NCBI RefSeq assembly: GCF_964204645.1
Contig: NC_134031.1
Location: 2,728,001 to 2,792,000, forward strand
DNA length: 64,000 nucleotides
Reading direction: 5' to 3'
Source: Tubulanus polymorphus
Taxonomy: Eukaryota; Animalia; Nemertea
The position numbers were made by a program, and so were the translations under genes. A model generated the notes under the pieces. The model did not search any database. It had not been told where the DNA came from and saw only the letters and a list, made by a program, of their open reading frames with translations. Position 1 is the first letter of the stretch; the number at the start of each line of letters is the position of its first letter. This document shows, one piece after another, positions 1 to 12,655 of the stretch.

Positions 1-2
1 AA

Positions 3-209
3 TGGCGAGAGAAATCCCACGATGATTCAGTCAAAGTTGAAAGAAAAAATACTTGAATAGAAGAGAATTTATTTTTAGCAACGTTTCGGCTTTACACTAT
101 TAGAGCCATCATCTGAGTAGTGTTTAGCCGAAACGTTGCTCAAAATAAATTCTCTTCTATTCAAGAATTTTCAATCTTTGACTGAATCATCGTGGGATTT
201 CTCTCGCCA
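3..209 (-). mobile_element. Fold-back element with degenerate hammerhead-like core; probable Penelope-like element terminus with an inverted copy
   Basis: Arms 3-99 and 118-209 are near-perfect reverse complements. The minus strand of 80-115 reads CAGAUGA-U-GGCU-loop-AGCC-GAAA-CGUU, followed by AAUAAA. Confidence 0.6.
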
Positions 210-2345
210 AACTTATTGTCTGTTTTCACAGCGTCAGCCAGAGTGTGGCTATTCTACGATAACAACCTGGGATTTAGATTCATTTCCAGGCGAGGATGCG
301 GAGATTTCTGAACGCAGACACTGCGCTTGTCCGAGCGTATTCATTTTCGTGTGAATCTCCCCGGAAGTCGCAGCGCTCCGGATTTTGACATCGCTCGTCC
401 AGACGTGATCAAACAAAAACGATCAAATGATATATTCGCAGATAAAGACCGCTTCGCACTGATAGAACCGATCAGAGCACGAGTCTGAATTCACCGCCAT
501 CTTAAGAACCTTTATAGACTAGCTCCGTGACGCGCAAAGAATCGTCAGAAAAAAGCCGTGAAAAAATACACGTAACAAAATTTACGCCACTGAAGGGTAC
601 AGTTTTTTTCAAGACAAATACAATAAATCACGATCAGTCCATCTATAATGACCAGCAGTGTTCTAGCTACACTTCTTCCCTGTGAAATGGACCGATTGAT
701 GATTGATTAGATTTCGGTGCCGGCAAGCCAAATACAGATTGCATTTCCCTTACTGAAGCAAGTGACGATGGGCGGAAACGGAAGGTATTCACACGCAGGC
801 GACGCCGTTGTGTTGTGTACGTCATCAACTCGTGATGAAAGTACACAGTATTTAGGTGTTTACGTTTAACTTCCCATCCAACTTGGGAAAAATGTTACGA
901 GGTATTCTGTTGGAAATTTCGTCGTTTTGTGCGAATATCTAAGAAAATTGAGGTCAGTATATTGGGAATTTGATTGGGTGGTGAGGCCTTGGTGAAACTC
1001 GAATGCCGAGGTGGCATAAATTCTTAGACGCTTTGCTTCACGTTCTCCGACGTGGCTTCATATAGCAGATTGCGGTGGTGTTATCGAAACAATGCACCCG
1101 CCTTATTGTCTGCAATTCTTCTCATTCTAAGGACGATACGCCACTACATTGTCAGATTTCTTTCCCTCAAGAGTTTGGACCAGAACACTTTATCATCAAT
1201 CATATTCAGTTCATTCATCCGTCGAATGAAGGAAAACTGTCGTCTGTATGCATTGCGTATATATCATAAAGCATTGTATACTTGCTGATTTGCGTGCATT
1301 CGTCGCTGGAATCAAAGAGTTAAAAAGCCATCCTCTCGTCATCATCGTATAAAACAGGTTGAAATACACCGACGTGTTTTAAGGACGCCAGCTGTGATTT
1401 AAGTACCTTGTGTTGCCATCATTTCGTGGAATCGAAAAATAGGTGAATTCGTAATCCAGCAATCCGAGATGGGGGGGGGGGGGTTAATCTGAGCAGATAA
1501 AGTTCGAGAGCGAATTAGCCGTGCAAGTTAAACGGCTTGTGGTGTGCATCAACCAGTGCCGTCATTTAACACGGGGCGTAATTTGCATCACAACGTTACA
1601 ATATAGACATCGGCAATTGCGATATTCCTCGCGGACGTTCTACCCTAGATACATCACCTCTTAAATCAATGAAGAGAACTTATTCACAAAAGATCGGTTT
1701 CGTATCTACAAGTATGCTATTTTTCTGGTACCTGAGGCTAAAACCGTGTTAGCAAATTTACGTCTTTGCTCGGGAATGTGCCCAAATAGATCATGATATT
1801 ATATATCATAATTTGAATATAATTCAAATGGAATAATACAACCGTAGCGTGTGCTAAATTACGAATTCAATACTACAACGATAAAATTAGCCCCTGCGGG
1901 TTTTTTTAAAAACTTTACCATGAAGAAAAAAAACGTCGACGTCTTTGGCCCCTTCGACCCTCAGCTACATCCTTTCATCTCGCTCGGTGTACTAGATGTT
2001 GGTAGTTAGCGAGTGAGCGAGTGTGCGAGACAAGCTTCGTCATAGCGAGAACTGAAATTATACCAAATTACCCTGTGATGTTCCAGATCCTAATAAAAGG
2101 CGACCGAATGGAAAAATACAATTTGTTAACGCAATCCGCGATATCGAAATCATTAGACATCCAGAGCCACCGTCGGTAATCTGAGTTAGATAGAAAATCA
2201 AGCGCATTCGGTTATTAGTTCCGACCACTATAGTCGACTAGATACGAAAACCGAATTTGGCCCATTATGTACTGGTAAAGATAAATAATACTTGTGTTAA
2301 TATAATGTGAAATGATTCGGCATTGACGCGGTTAGATCCATTGCT

Positions 2346-2563
2346 TTAGCCCAATGTAAACGGCGCATGGAAACACGGAAATACGGATGCAAACGTGTTT
2401 TGAAAATTTTGTTCCCGAAACCGCGTTTCTCATTTCTCGTGTTTCCCTGTGTCGTTTCTCGTAAACGCAGACGTAAATGTGTTTCTCCGTGTCGTGTGCG
2501 TTTATGAGAAACACGTTCCTGTTTCCTGCTTCCCGTACCCCCTGCGTCATCTGCGTTGGGCTT
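2346..2563. mobile_element. MITE family C, longer diverged copy
   Basis: AGCCCAATGTAAACGGCGCATGGAAAC...CCCTGCGTCATCTGCGTTGGGCT ends; many GTTTC subrepeats. Confidence 0.65.
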
Positions 2564-4473
2564 CACAAGATATAGTACACTTTCCCGGCATTTGATTATT
2601 TTCGGTATACGATCGCTGGTTACACAATCATCACTAACGTAAAATCGTTTTTTTTCTTCGGTTTTGATCGAATACATCGATCTGAGATGGCATCGTGTGC
2701 GTCGACAACATCGGGATATCATCGACACCAGAACGGCCGTTTATTTCACCGGTCTGGTCCCACACTGGAGACCATTGTTCGTCGAGGATAAGAGGAGATA
2801 TTGGTAATATTCAACAGCTTGTACATCGCCTACGACCACTCGGGTCGTTATCATGCGAAATAACGTCGATACTCTGTGAAGAAACGCTAAACGCTTGGAG
2901 TCGAATACTGTTTTTCTATTTGTTGCTGTCAGTTGCGCATCAATCAATCAATAGTTATTAAATTCAGCTTTATTCCGTTTTGATCGCTAAACTTAAATTG
3001 CAAATTTTTTTTTGAATATTGTCCTATCACCGCTATCTCGCCTTATCCGACCAGATAAAATGGGGATTATTCAAATCATCGGCCGTAGATGGAATATTTT
3101 GTTCTAAAAGCCTAAAACAGCTTCGCAAAATCTGACAAAGGATTGAATATTCTATTTCGAATCCAATTCTAAACTTGATTTACAATTTTCATCAATTATC
3201 GGTAGTAGCTACAATCGGGCAATACGTCAATGTTTTCGGACTAAAATAGTCTCGGATTGGGCTTAAGGCCTTTTTAAATTACTTGAAGTACGGAAATTCT
3301 GCCGAGAATATCATACCAGAAATTTTCTTTATATTGGTCCACCATATTTTCTTTTCATATTTTCCTTCTTACTTGTTTACTCTCAGTCACTCCAAATGAG
3401 ATTCAACTTACATCGCTAGAAACTAACCGAAAGTTCATCGGTTGAAACTATGAAAGAAACCGAAAATACCAACGAACAGAGAAAATGAAAACGCCTACAA
3501 ACAGTGATAGGAAAATGGAAATATCAATCTCCTAATGGTGGCACTATATAAAAATCGTATATGCCGCTGAAATCCCCGAGATAAAAAATGCAAATCTATC
3601 CATCCCCCTTTCATGACAGCAACGCTATTCAATTGAAACATGTAGACAGGATATTTCCGTACAGAATTTACCGGATATCAAATACAATTCGCGCGCGAGA
3701 GCTTAAGATTTGAATACCGATGAAGATTTGACGGTTATACGGCACCAGATGGGAATTGCTTCCGATTGAAATAACGTCATTTTTCCGCAACGAAACCTCG
3801 ACTGTGAATCGACGGGAATCGAATCAGTTCGATATTTACTTGTAAATTGTCAATAAACCCATCGCGCTAGTGTTGTATTACAACTGAAAATGGCGAACGA
3901 ATGGCAGCCAATCAACGAAGCAAATATTACGTTTGTTTTCCGACGAAGCGTTCGATTTGTTTATTTTTTCTGAAGAGGTTTTTCTTTTACGCCGTTCTTA
4001 GCGCAAACGTAAGATGATTCTTCAACGATTATGCAACGACCGGAACACCGGAGTAATGACCGTAAAGTCAAGATATTAATTCCCTTTGAAACTTTAAAAC
4101 TTTGCTCATGACCTTTCTGTAAAGTCGTTTGCCGCCCTAGAAAATGACTAAATGATTATACACTCTCCCGACTCGTTCATTTAGCTGCTTGCTATTGGCT
4201 GCCAACTTTTCGATGTTAGTGGACCAGTGGCCCCGGTCGCAATCAGGTTCGATGAGATCTCACGGTGGCCACCATCTTGGAACTAGGCAACCGTGCTCAG
4301 TTCCGTCGTTCGCTATTTTCGGACAAATAGTTCGGACTGAATGACATTAAGCTTCACGAATATTCATATAGTTCGCGAATATTTCACATCCGGCCAAAAC
4401 CGGAAAAAAATATGCTCTGCATTTCTGCTTACGTAGCACTGCGTCACAACTAAATGGCATCGTTGCGGGTATG

Positions 4474-4496
4474 TGACGTCATATCCTGTGACGTCA
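4474..4496. promoter_or_regulatory. Tandem pair of perfect CRE palindromes (TGACGTCA), 15 bp apart
   Basis: TGACGTCA at 4474-4481 and 4489-4496 within a duplicated TGTGACGTCATATC; function unproven. Confidence 0.3.
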
Positions 4497-7400
4497 TATC
4501 ATAAACGCTACGAACTATCGACGGAGAAAGTTCTGAATTTATAGCTTTGAAAAGTAGAATGTTAGCGCAACAGGAAAACAACGAGAGCAAAAACGCGCGA
4601 CGACAGCAGATGAAATATAGCCGGCATTTAATCTGGTAAGGAACACGCGGATTGATACGGTAACCAGCGAAGCAATGTCTTGGCAAAACAATGCCTGCTT
4701 TTGGGCAGATAATAGAGCGCTATATGAACGCGCAATTAGCTCGTCGTCGCTACATCTATCAACGACAATTTCATCCGTGAATTTTGGAAAGGTCAATAGT
4801 TGCGCCATCAATCCTCGAATTAAAGGGGTCTAAATTACCAGCTTCGTTCGGTAATCGTTCGCTTTTAATTCGACGCTCGAATTATGATAAATGCGACTCT
4901 CAATTAGGATCGTCGGGAACTTTACACCGCCTCAACGCCACCACCGCCGAGTTACACGATGAAAAATTAGTCGTGTTTTTGTTGGAAATGAAAAAAAATG
5001 TCCTTCAGCCCTCAGTTAAAAAAGGAACTAACCATAATTCTACAATGTCATTAGATAGAATTGGAAATCAAAAACAAAAACACTTGAAATAATCATTGGC
5101 GAAAGATGTCCGTGTTGTGGTGAATCACACACTGATATAATGAGATAGATGAAGTCTGAAAAGTTTCCCTAAAGCTAACACGCCGAATCAATTGATCATT
5201 TTGCTTTTCGGACTTCATTTTTCTCGTTATTCTCATACTTTAAAATACTTTAAATATTTCAAATATTTCCAATACGGAACTGCATAATTGGCTACCTCTC
5301 TCCGCTCTTCAGTTTTTACTCCCACCTCTCACTTTCTTCCTCGCTCACTTGCTATCCTCCCTTACACTCACCCCCTTCATCCTCCCTACGCCCCCTCCTT
5401 TAACTCTCTAGATTGAAAGATGCTCTCAAACCCACTCGCGTCACTAATTTCGAGCAATGCAACCTCACCGACAAAACCACCCAAGAAACGACGACATCTC
5501 AGGAATTCGACGGCGGCGGCGCGTGCCATGTTTATTTCATGAATGCATTCATTCATGAAGCTAAGGCGAGTTAAAAGGGGAGGCTTCGCTGTTTGCTTTG
5601 ATGTCGACGATGCGTCAAACTACTTTTATCTAATTCGCGAGCGAAACAGCGAATACACAGTTTAAAAGCTATAATATACTTCATATTCGCGAAAGAACGG
5701 ATTTTCGTCGCGCTAACAACTCGAGCCCCGTTTTGTTTCCGATTTAATCCTAATTCCCTCAGGATTTTGACGATCGCAAATTCTAATTTGCTTTCGTTTC
5801 TTTTGACGATGACGAATCTACATCATTAAAAGGTATTCTTCGCTCGTCGACGAGCGCTAGGGATTAAACCTATACACGTACGTACGTTTACGCGATAATT
5901 TTCCCAATTATAGCAATTTCATCCATCATAAAATGTCATCCGGGTGAAGGAGCATAAAAATAATGTATCTGCGTTTGAAAGTTCTCGTGAAGTCATCGTT
6001 ATAACGCGTCATCATTTCACGGAACATCTCTTTTCTAAAAATATATCTTGTATGTGAGATTTTTCTAATGATTTTTAAGATAATATTTTTCTTCCTTACC
6101 TATAATTCAAAACTTTCAATCCCCTAGTTCATATTTGCTTCTGCTCTTTCGTCAGTGGATACCTAGTATTACTTCCGTCTCATTCATAAAACATCTTTGC
6201 CTATATGAGAATAGATAATCTTAATCCAGAATTTCATTCAAGCGTTGATTAGGTGAAAATAAACTGATTAAAAATGAAAATGTAACGCACAAACGTGGAG
6301 CGGGTTTTCAAAACATTTTTCCAAACGGCCGGGTTTGAGATGCACCATCAACTGGAATGCATTTCGAATGCATTTTTGTAATTCACGCCCTTATCGCATT
6401 TGAATCGTCAAACACTTGAAAGAACGGCATCTTTCAAACGCGAATACCGAGCGAATTAAGTCGTTCACGCGAAGATGATCATTCGTTTTTCTAAAATGAT
6501 TTACCAATCTATTTTACTCGGGCAAACATCATAAATGTCAGCGATATTAGAATAATGGGGCGAATCATTGGACCTAGTGATTTCAAGTCGAAGAGATAAA
6601 AATGTAATTGCGCTTGACGATATTACAAAATCCATTAGTGCTCGTTCTTGGATTACAGCACCGTCGACGAATTCAATCTCTCATCGATGTCGACGAGTCG
6701 CTGTATTGCAGTCAAACAAATTATACGAGATCAATTTCATTAAAAACGACCGAAAGAAACCGTCCATTTACTTCGTCGCTCTCCCACGGTTTAACGACCA
6801 TTTTAAATCCTTCGTCTAAGAAGAACCTATTGCGGCTTGTATGGTACAGCGTAAAGCTCGAGGGTATGAGAAGAGTCGCTGCATAATCTTGTTACTATCT
6901 TAAAATTGGGATTGACCCGTTTATTTACTTCTATTAGTAGATTCAATTGATTCGTTTTGTTTTGTTTCCCCTTACAAACCCCCACACCTACTGGGAGCGA
7001 AACAGTCTAGAACTAGTCTAGAAGCAACTATTTTTTGGTTAATCGGTCCAGATTTTTATGAGGTCGTTAGTTCTCTGTATAATTTCCGGTCGCGAATCAT
7101 CTACAGGGAGGAATAGAAGTGATATCGAATTATTTTTTAATGCTATCACCCTGGGATTCACGGGGGTGTGCGGGAATGTCTTATTCAAAGAAACACTGGC
7201 GCGTAAAATAGACACCGCTGACAATCCCCACTGGCGTCTGAGCTTAACTGGTAGACATGAATTCAGATAGATTATAGCTGCGTGACCAGTCTATCAATTG
7301 ACGATTTTAGGAAATTTTATTTTTTTGCAATAAAGAGCAGGATGCAGATTTTAGGTTGATACGTCATTAAAGCTTATAGCTCGTAGTTTTCTATCGATTA

Positions 7401-10400
7401 TTCAGGGAAAGCGTTTAATAAATCTAATAATTGTGACTTCCGTTTTTTAATGTAGTCTATAGCCTAAAGATAGAACTAAAACATCCTTAAACTGACCTCC
7501 GGCAATCGGATAACTACACAAGCTCATTTCGAGCTATTTTGCTTGGATTTATAAAACCGATGGATCTAAAATGTTTTCATATATTTACATGTAATGTCAA
7601 TCTCTTTAGCTGGCTACTATTAAACTGCGATGACATTTTGAAACTAGCCTCCTAAATAGACAGGGATGGTCCTAATGGAAAATCCAAATATGAAGTACCT
7701 GTTTTACTGACTAAACTTCGAGTATCAGCAACGAGGTCCGCGAAGGAATTGTTCGCTGATAGAATTTGTCAAGCTTTTATACCAGCAAAAACATCTACAA
7801 TTCGACCTCATATTCAAATGACACCAATCTTTCACAACCATCTAACTTTCAGCTTTAATTTAATTAAGAAAACTTTCACTGCTTTTGTGAAGATGGAGAA
7901 GATTAAGTTCGCTTCTTCACATCGGCTTCGTGTTGAATCAATTCATAAGAAAAGATGGCTGAAAAAGCGTCTTGGGAAATGAATTCTGTGGAATTCTTCA
8001 TTTTACTCGGTTCATTCTCTTTCCCTGGTGTAACTTTGTATGTTTAATTAAGGTTCACGTGTCATAAAAAGAACGACTCAAGTGTTAACAAGTTTTCGCT
8101 CGTTAGCGGAGATGATTCTGTTTCATTCAACGCAACGCAATGTCTGGAATATGATACGTACGCGGTCCGGGAAAAAATAGGGGAGTCGTCTGTCAGGTCT
8201 CTTATAGATGCTTGAATCCATAAAAGACAAGAAAATCACTCGTTACGATGAACTGTGTCTTCGCAATACGAAATAGTTTCATTAGTGATAGTAACTCGAT
8301 CGTCCTTGACGCTTTTTCAGTGCTACACATTTCCCTCAACCTTCAATAAATGCGAGCACTCGCGCCGTGAGCGGCTTCGACTGCGAAATACCTCACTAAT
8401 TTCAAAGAATGAAGGTTTCACGCAATTTTACGACGATGGTTCGCGGCACCACTTCAAAATCCGCCAAGAGGTTCAAGGTGCTTTGAATTTATTCCGATTT
8501 GACGATTGACTTGAAGGAAATACCGCTATTTCTGACTAAGACTCAAACCTAGATTTATCGTGTGTGTGTAGATCAAGTGAAAGAAAAATTGAAAGTGCAT
8601 CAAGACATAGCAGCTTAATAGATCATACTGAAATCAAGATGGCGGTATGAAGGTAAATCGTTTAAATACCATTCAAACGCCTCAATTGACAATTCATCGA
8701 ACTGACCTACTTGATTTCATCGACTCTTCGAAAAGCCCTTGAACAGGTCAAATAGGTGATACGTAAACGCTATAGAAGGAACCAAGAGGCAAACATCTTA
8801 CCTGGATTGGTCTATTAGAATTACATTGATAGATCGGGTCTTGTGCTCATTTTAGCGAAATGACAAAAGAAAAGTGGATGAAACTCATATCAGCTTAACT
8901 ATTGAATTACATATATTCTTAACTGCAACATTGAAAAACCTGCAATATCGCACTAACATACGGAAAGCTCGATTCATCAAGTTAATCTCTAGACCAAAAA
9001 TAGATTCAGATAATTAGATCGTGATTAGATTTTTTTTAGAGTCGAGAAAATTGATCGTATCATCCTATTGAAACTGTGTCACGCATGGCGTATTGTCTTC
9101 AATTGATTGTACGGTAAGCGTCGAGTCGATCGTGGATTCTATATTCATACAAATACCCAACAGACATGAAGATGAAATAACTGTTGTAAAAGGCTTAAAA
9201 TCCTGTACCCGATGACCGCATTTACTACTGATAATCTTACTATAATGCACAGAAAGTCAGATTATCCTTCTCGAATCTGCTTTAATGATGTAAACTAACG
9301 ACGAATTGTTCAATTTTCAAGTTGCACTTGACGAACCGATACGAATCTTCGCGTAGAATATTTGAGTTGACACCATAGAAAATGTTTTTAAGCATTGCTT
9401 ACTAGTTTCTTATTCATTCAAGGGGTAATGTGTTAGTCTGTGTGCACAACGTCATCGATATTGGCGTTTCATAATAACAATCATGAATATAGGCGTTTTT
9501 TCAAATGAAATAAATTGGCTTCTATTTTTCTTATGTAATGGATTTTCATTTCTTTTTAATCGTTGAAATCCTAATGGCAATGAGGAGCTGCGTGAGTGGA
9601 TGTGCACTACGTCATCGATATTGGGGCTAAGTCTAGTTGCCGTTTAATTCAGTTGTTGATACATTCAAATTAAAAATAACTCAATATTATATCATTCACA
9701 TTCATCGTCGACAATATTAAGCAGTTATCTTTAGAGGTGTCAAAAAACTCTCTAGAACCGCTTGGCAAGGTTTCCGTATCGATGCAAGTTATAGGAGATT
9801 TAGAAATGCTAGGTCCGAATCAACTCCATCTCATTTTCTACAGCATATTCAATCAACTGGTATCGATCAATATTTGGGGAAAATCGAGTAAAAATCCCTC
9901 ATCGATTCCTCTGACGTATCTACAAACGTGTGGGGAAAATTGCCGCAGGAAATTAATTAATAAAGCTAATGAGTTGATTATGTATCTTCTTTTCTATCAA
10001 TTTGTCCGATGGGGGAACCTTGAATTGTAACCGGCACTCGATTAATACGCATGACGTCACAGCTATAGCGCACGTATACATGCGCGCGCGGCGAAACTGA
10101 TAGAAAATATTCCGAATCGAAAAATATCTGCATAAATAAATAAATCTATCTCGGGAATGTAGGCGGAAATCGCGTTTTACCGGTGGGTTTAATGTACTCT
10201 TGCTGCTGCGATCAAATGAGAGGAAGAAAAAAGTCATTTCTCTTCCACACACAACGCCTATCCGGTACGGTAATACGCGTGTTATAAATTCTATTTGGCT
10301 TTGAAGGTTGTTACACGGCCTAATACGGTGTGTAATTAGACGACATGGATCCTACACCGGCAGTCGACTCATCGGGGGGTTCCGGTGTCCGCGCGTTGCT

Positions 10401-12444
10401 CAACAGCGTAACGCCGCGGTTGAGCGTATAGAGAAAATCCCTGAGGTTTTTTCGACTGACAGTACGCGTGATGATAACCCGCTAACGGCGCAACCTATCA
10501 AATACGTTGTTCTTCGCAATGACCTTTTTTTCTAAGATCAATGCCATCTTGAGACTAGACATCTATCTTTTGTCTAATGTCGTTGAAATTAGAATTCTAC
10601 TAAGCAATAGTCGTGTCGTAACCAGTGTTTGCGGATTCATATTAGCCGCGATGAAACTCCGCAATTCTTTAATTCAATTTTGTACCGGTTTGCAACATGT
10701 TTGTTGTACTTGTAAATGTCAATGCGTAGTGTAAGCCTTATCATAAGCTGGCTTGTTTATCGAGATGACACGTAAATTAAGATATGCAAATTACCCAAAT
10801 TACTCGATTACCGCTTCTCGGCGTTCATCTCATCATGCACGCAAGTCAAGCGTTCATGTCAGGTCCATAATCCTTGTAAAAAACAAGTATGTCTATAGTT
10901 ATTTCAGCTCGAATCAATTTCGTCGAACAGGTGCGCAAATAGAGAACTGTATTCTGCCGAAGTTTTCGATACGAATTGTGATCTAGCTTCAGGGTGCATT
11001 TCACCGAGTTGACCGAGTATCGAACGAGTTTAATGAGCAGGGAAATGCCTCGAAAATGTTTTCAAATTCACCAGCTTGAGGGCTATGGCCGGAACCAAGT
11101 TGCTGATCGGCAAGGAATGCATTTTTATTTCTAGGTAGTCTGAGTGACTTCAGTTCATTTAAGTCGTCAGGCAGACATGTCACGTGGTTTATCCGCTGAT
11201 AGCGGGCTATCAATCCATCGAGTGGACAATGTCGGTATCTATACTCTGCTGACCACTTCATCCGTATTTCCGTATTTTCGTTGCTAAAAGGTTAAGAATA
11301 AAATAACGACAAAAGAAGTGCGATCAGTGTCACTTTTTGTAACGATGCCGCTATAAGAAAAGGGCTCCTTTCGGGATTGAGAGTGTCCGAAATGCTTGAC
11401 AACTAAATAACAGTCGAGAACACTTGTAGGTTACCGAATAAGCTCCTCCAGTGCAAGATATGCATGGCTTAATCTCAGCCACGAGAGCACTGTCTGAATA
11501 CCTCTTAACGATGGTTAATCATCTTCTTATTATACCCAGATTCCGGGAATGGCGGATGCGATCGAGCCATTAGTACGCAGGACCTCCGTTAGTGCTGATA
11601 CCAGCGTTACGACCTGTTAGAACTATTATAGATTTAGGCTGATGATGATATAACGGGGAAAATAATTTCGAAAATAGTTTTCTGCGCTGATTCATTATTT
11701 AGTGAAAAAAAAAATCCATTTAGTTGAAGCCAAAGCAAATAGAGTTGAGTAGTTTTGGGATGACTCCATCGGAAAATGACGGTGTATCATAAATTGGCAT
11801 GTACAGTCGCTATTTGTTTTGTGAAAGCGTCTGTTTGCTGGCGAATTCACTCACTAAAACCATATCATAAGTTCGGTTAAAAAACGTTCGTGACCATTAG
11901 TACTTTCACAAAATTTGACGATATTAGACGCTTCTTTTGTCGCCTCGGTCTCTTGGCAAAGTTAGTGTTGCGCGAGAACGTTATTTTTGGAATTAGCATT
12001 ATGACCGCCATGCCATGCAACATCAAGGATTATTCTTAAAGCGATAGAAAAACTTTTTGCCAACCGTTGATGCATTGAGAAAATACATATTTCACGTGAT
12101 AATCCAGTTTGCAAAGTCATACATCATACATCAAATCTTCGCCCACGGGATTTTAGGAAATAATATGCGCGTAAGGAAAGAAAACGTCTGCCATCTTCTA
12201 CTAGATAATTCAACACGAAAAGCGAACGACGGCGCTTCGAATAACGAAGTCAAAGCGAACTAGATTGAATTTGCATAACATCCTAACGGAGGTCTTTAAT
12301 CTCGAAGCCCTGGCGTTATAGTTCGGTGTATTCAGGTCCCGGTCTTATCCACTGCCCCGCGGAAATCAACGAATGAAATGGCAACCGCGCAGAAGAAAAC
12401 CTGTAAATCCGTATAACGTCTTGTTTCTTTACTCTCGTAATACT

Positions 12445-12655
12445 ATCTTAGAATATATCATAAATAACGAGACGAGTTGTACTATTTAAGTTAAGTATTT
12501 ATTTGGCTTTTGCTATTTATGTGTAGTGAATAGTAACCCATTCACCTGATGAAGCTGCTGTGCGTCAAATAAATATAGTTAACCTATAAAGTACAACTCG
12601 TCTCGGTATCTATTCTACACTCGGTTAACACCTCTCCTAATCTTAGAATATATCA
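12445..12655 (+). mobile_element. 179-bp fold-back insertion flanked by a 16-bp direct repeat, containing CTGATGA; Penelope-like remnant
   Basis: ATCTTAGAATATATCA at 12445-12460 and 12640-12655; inverted arms 12464-12505 and 12566-12609; CTGATGAAGCT starting at 12546. Confidence 0.6.

Noticed and set aside
2297-2728. 143-aa ORF (and the 100-aa ORF at 44082-44384)
   Set aside because: Both run through family C MITE subrepeats and have no protein motif.
9441-9624. 24-bp near-identical direct repeat 160 bp apart (and an 11-bp inverted pair at 3902/4194)
   Set aside because: Too short and isolated to define an element; likely old repeat debris.
11455-11474. AGATATGCATGGCTTAATCT resembles the reverse complement of the 18S rRNA 5' region
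   Set aside because: The match is only about 20 nt and stops abruptly on both sides; insufficient for an rRNA fragment call.
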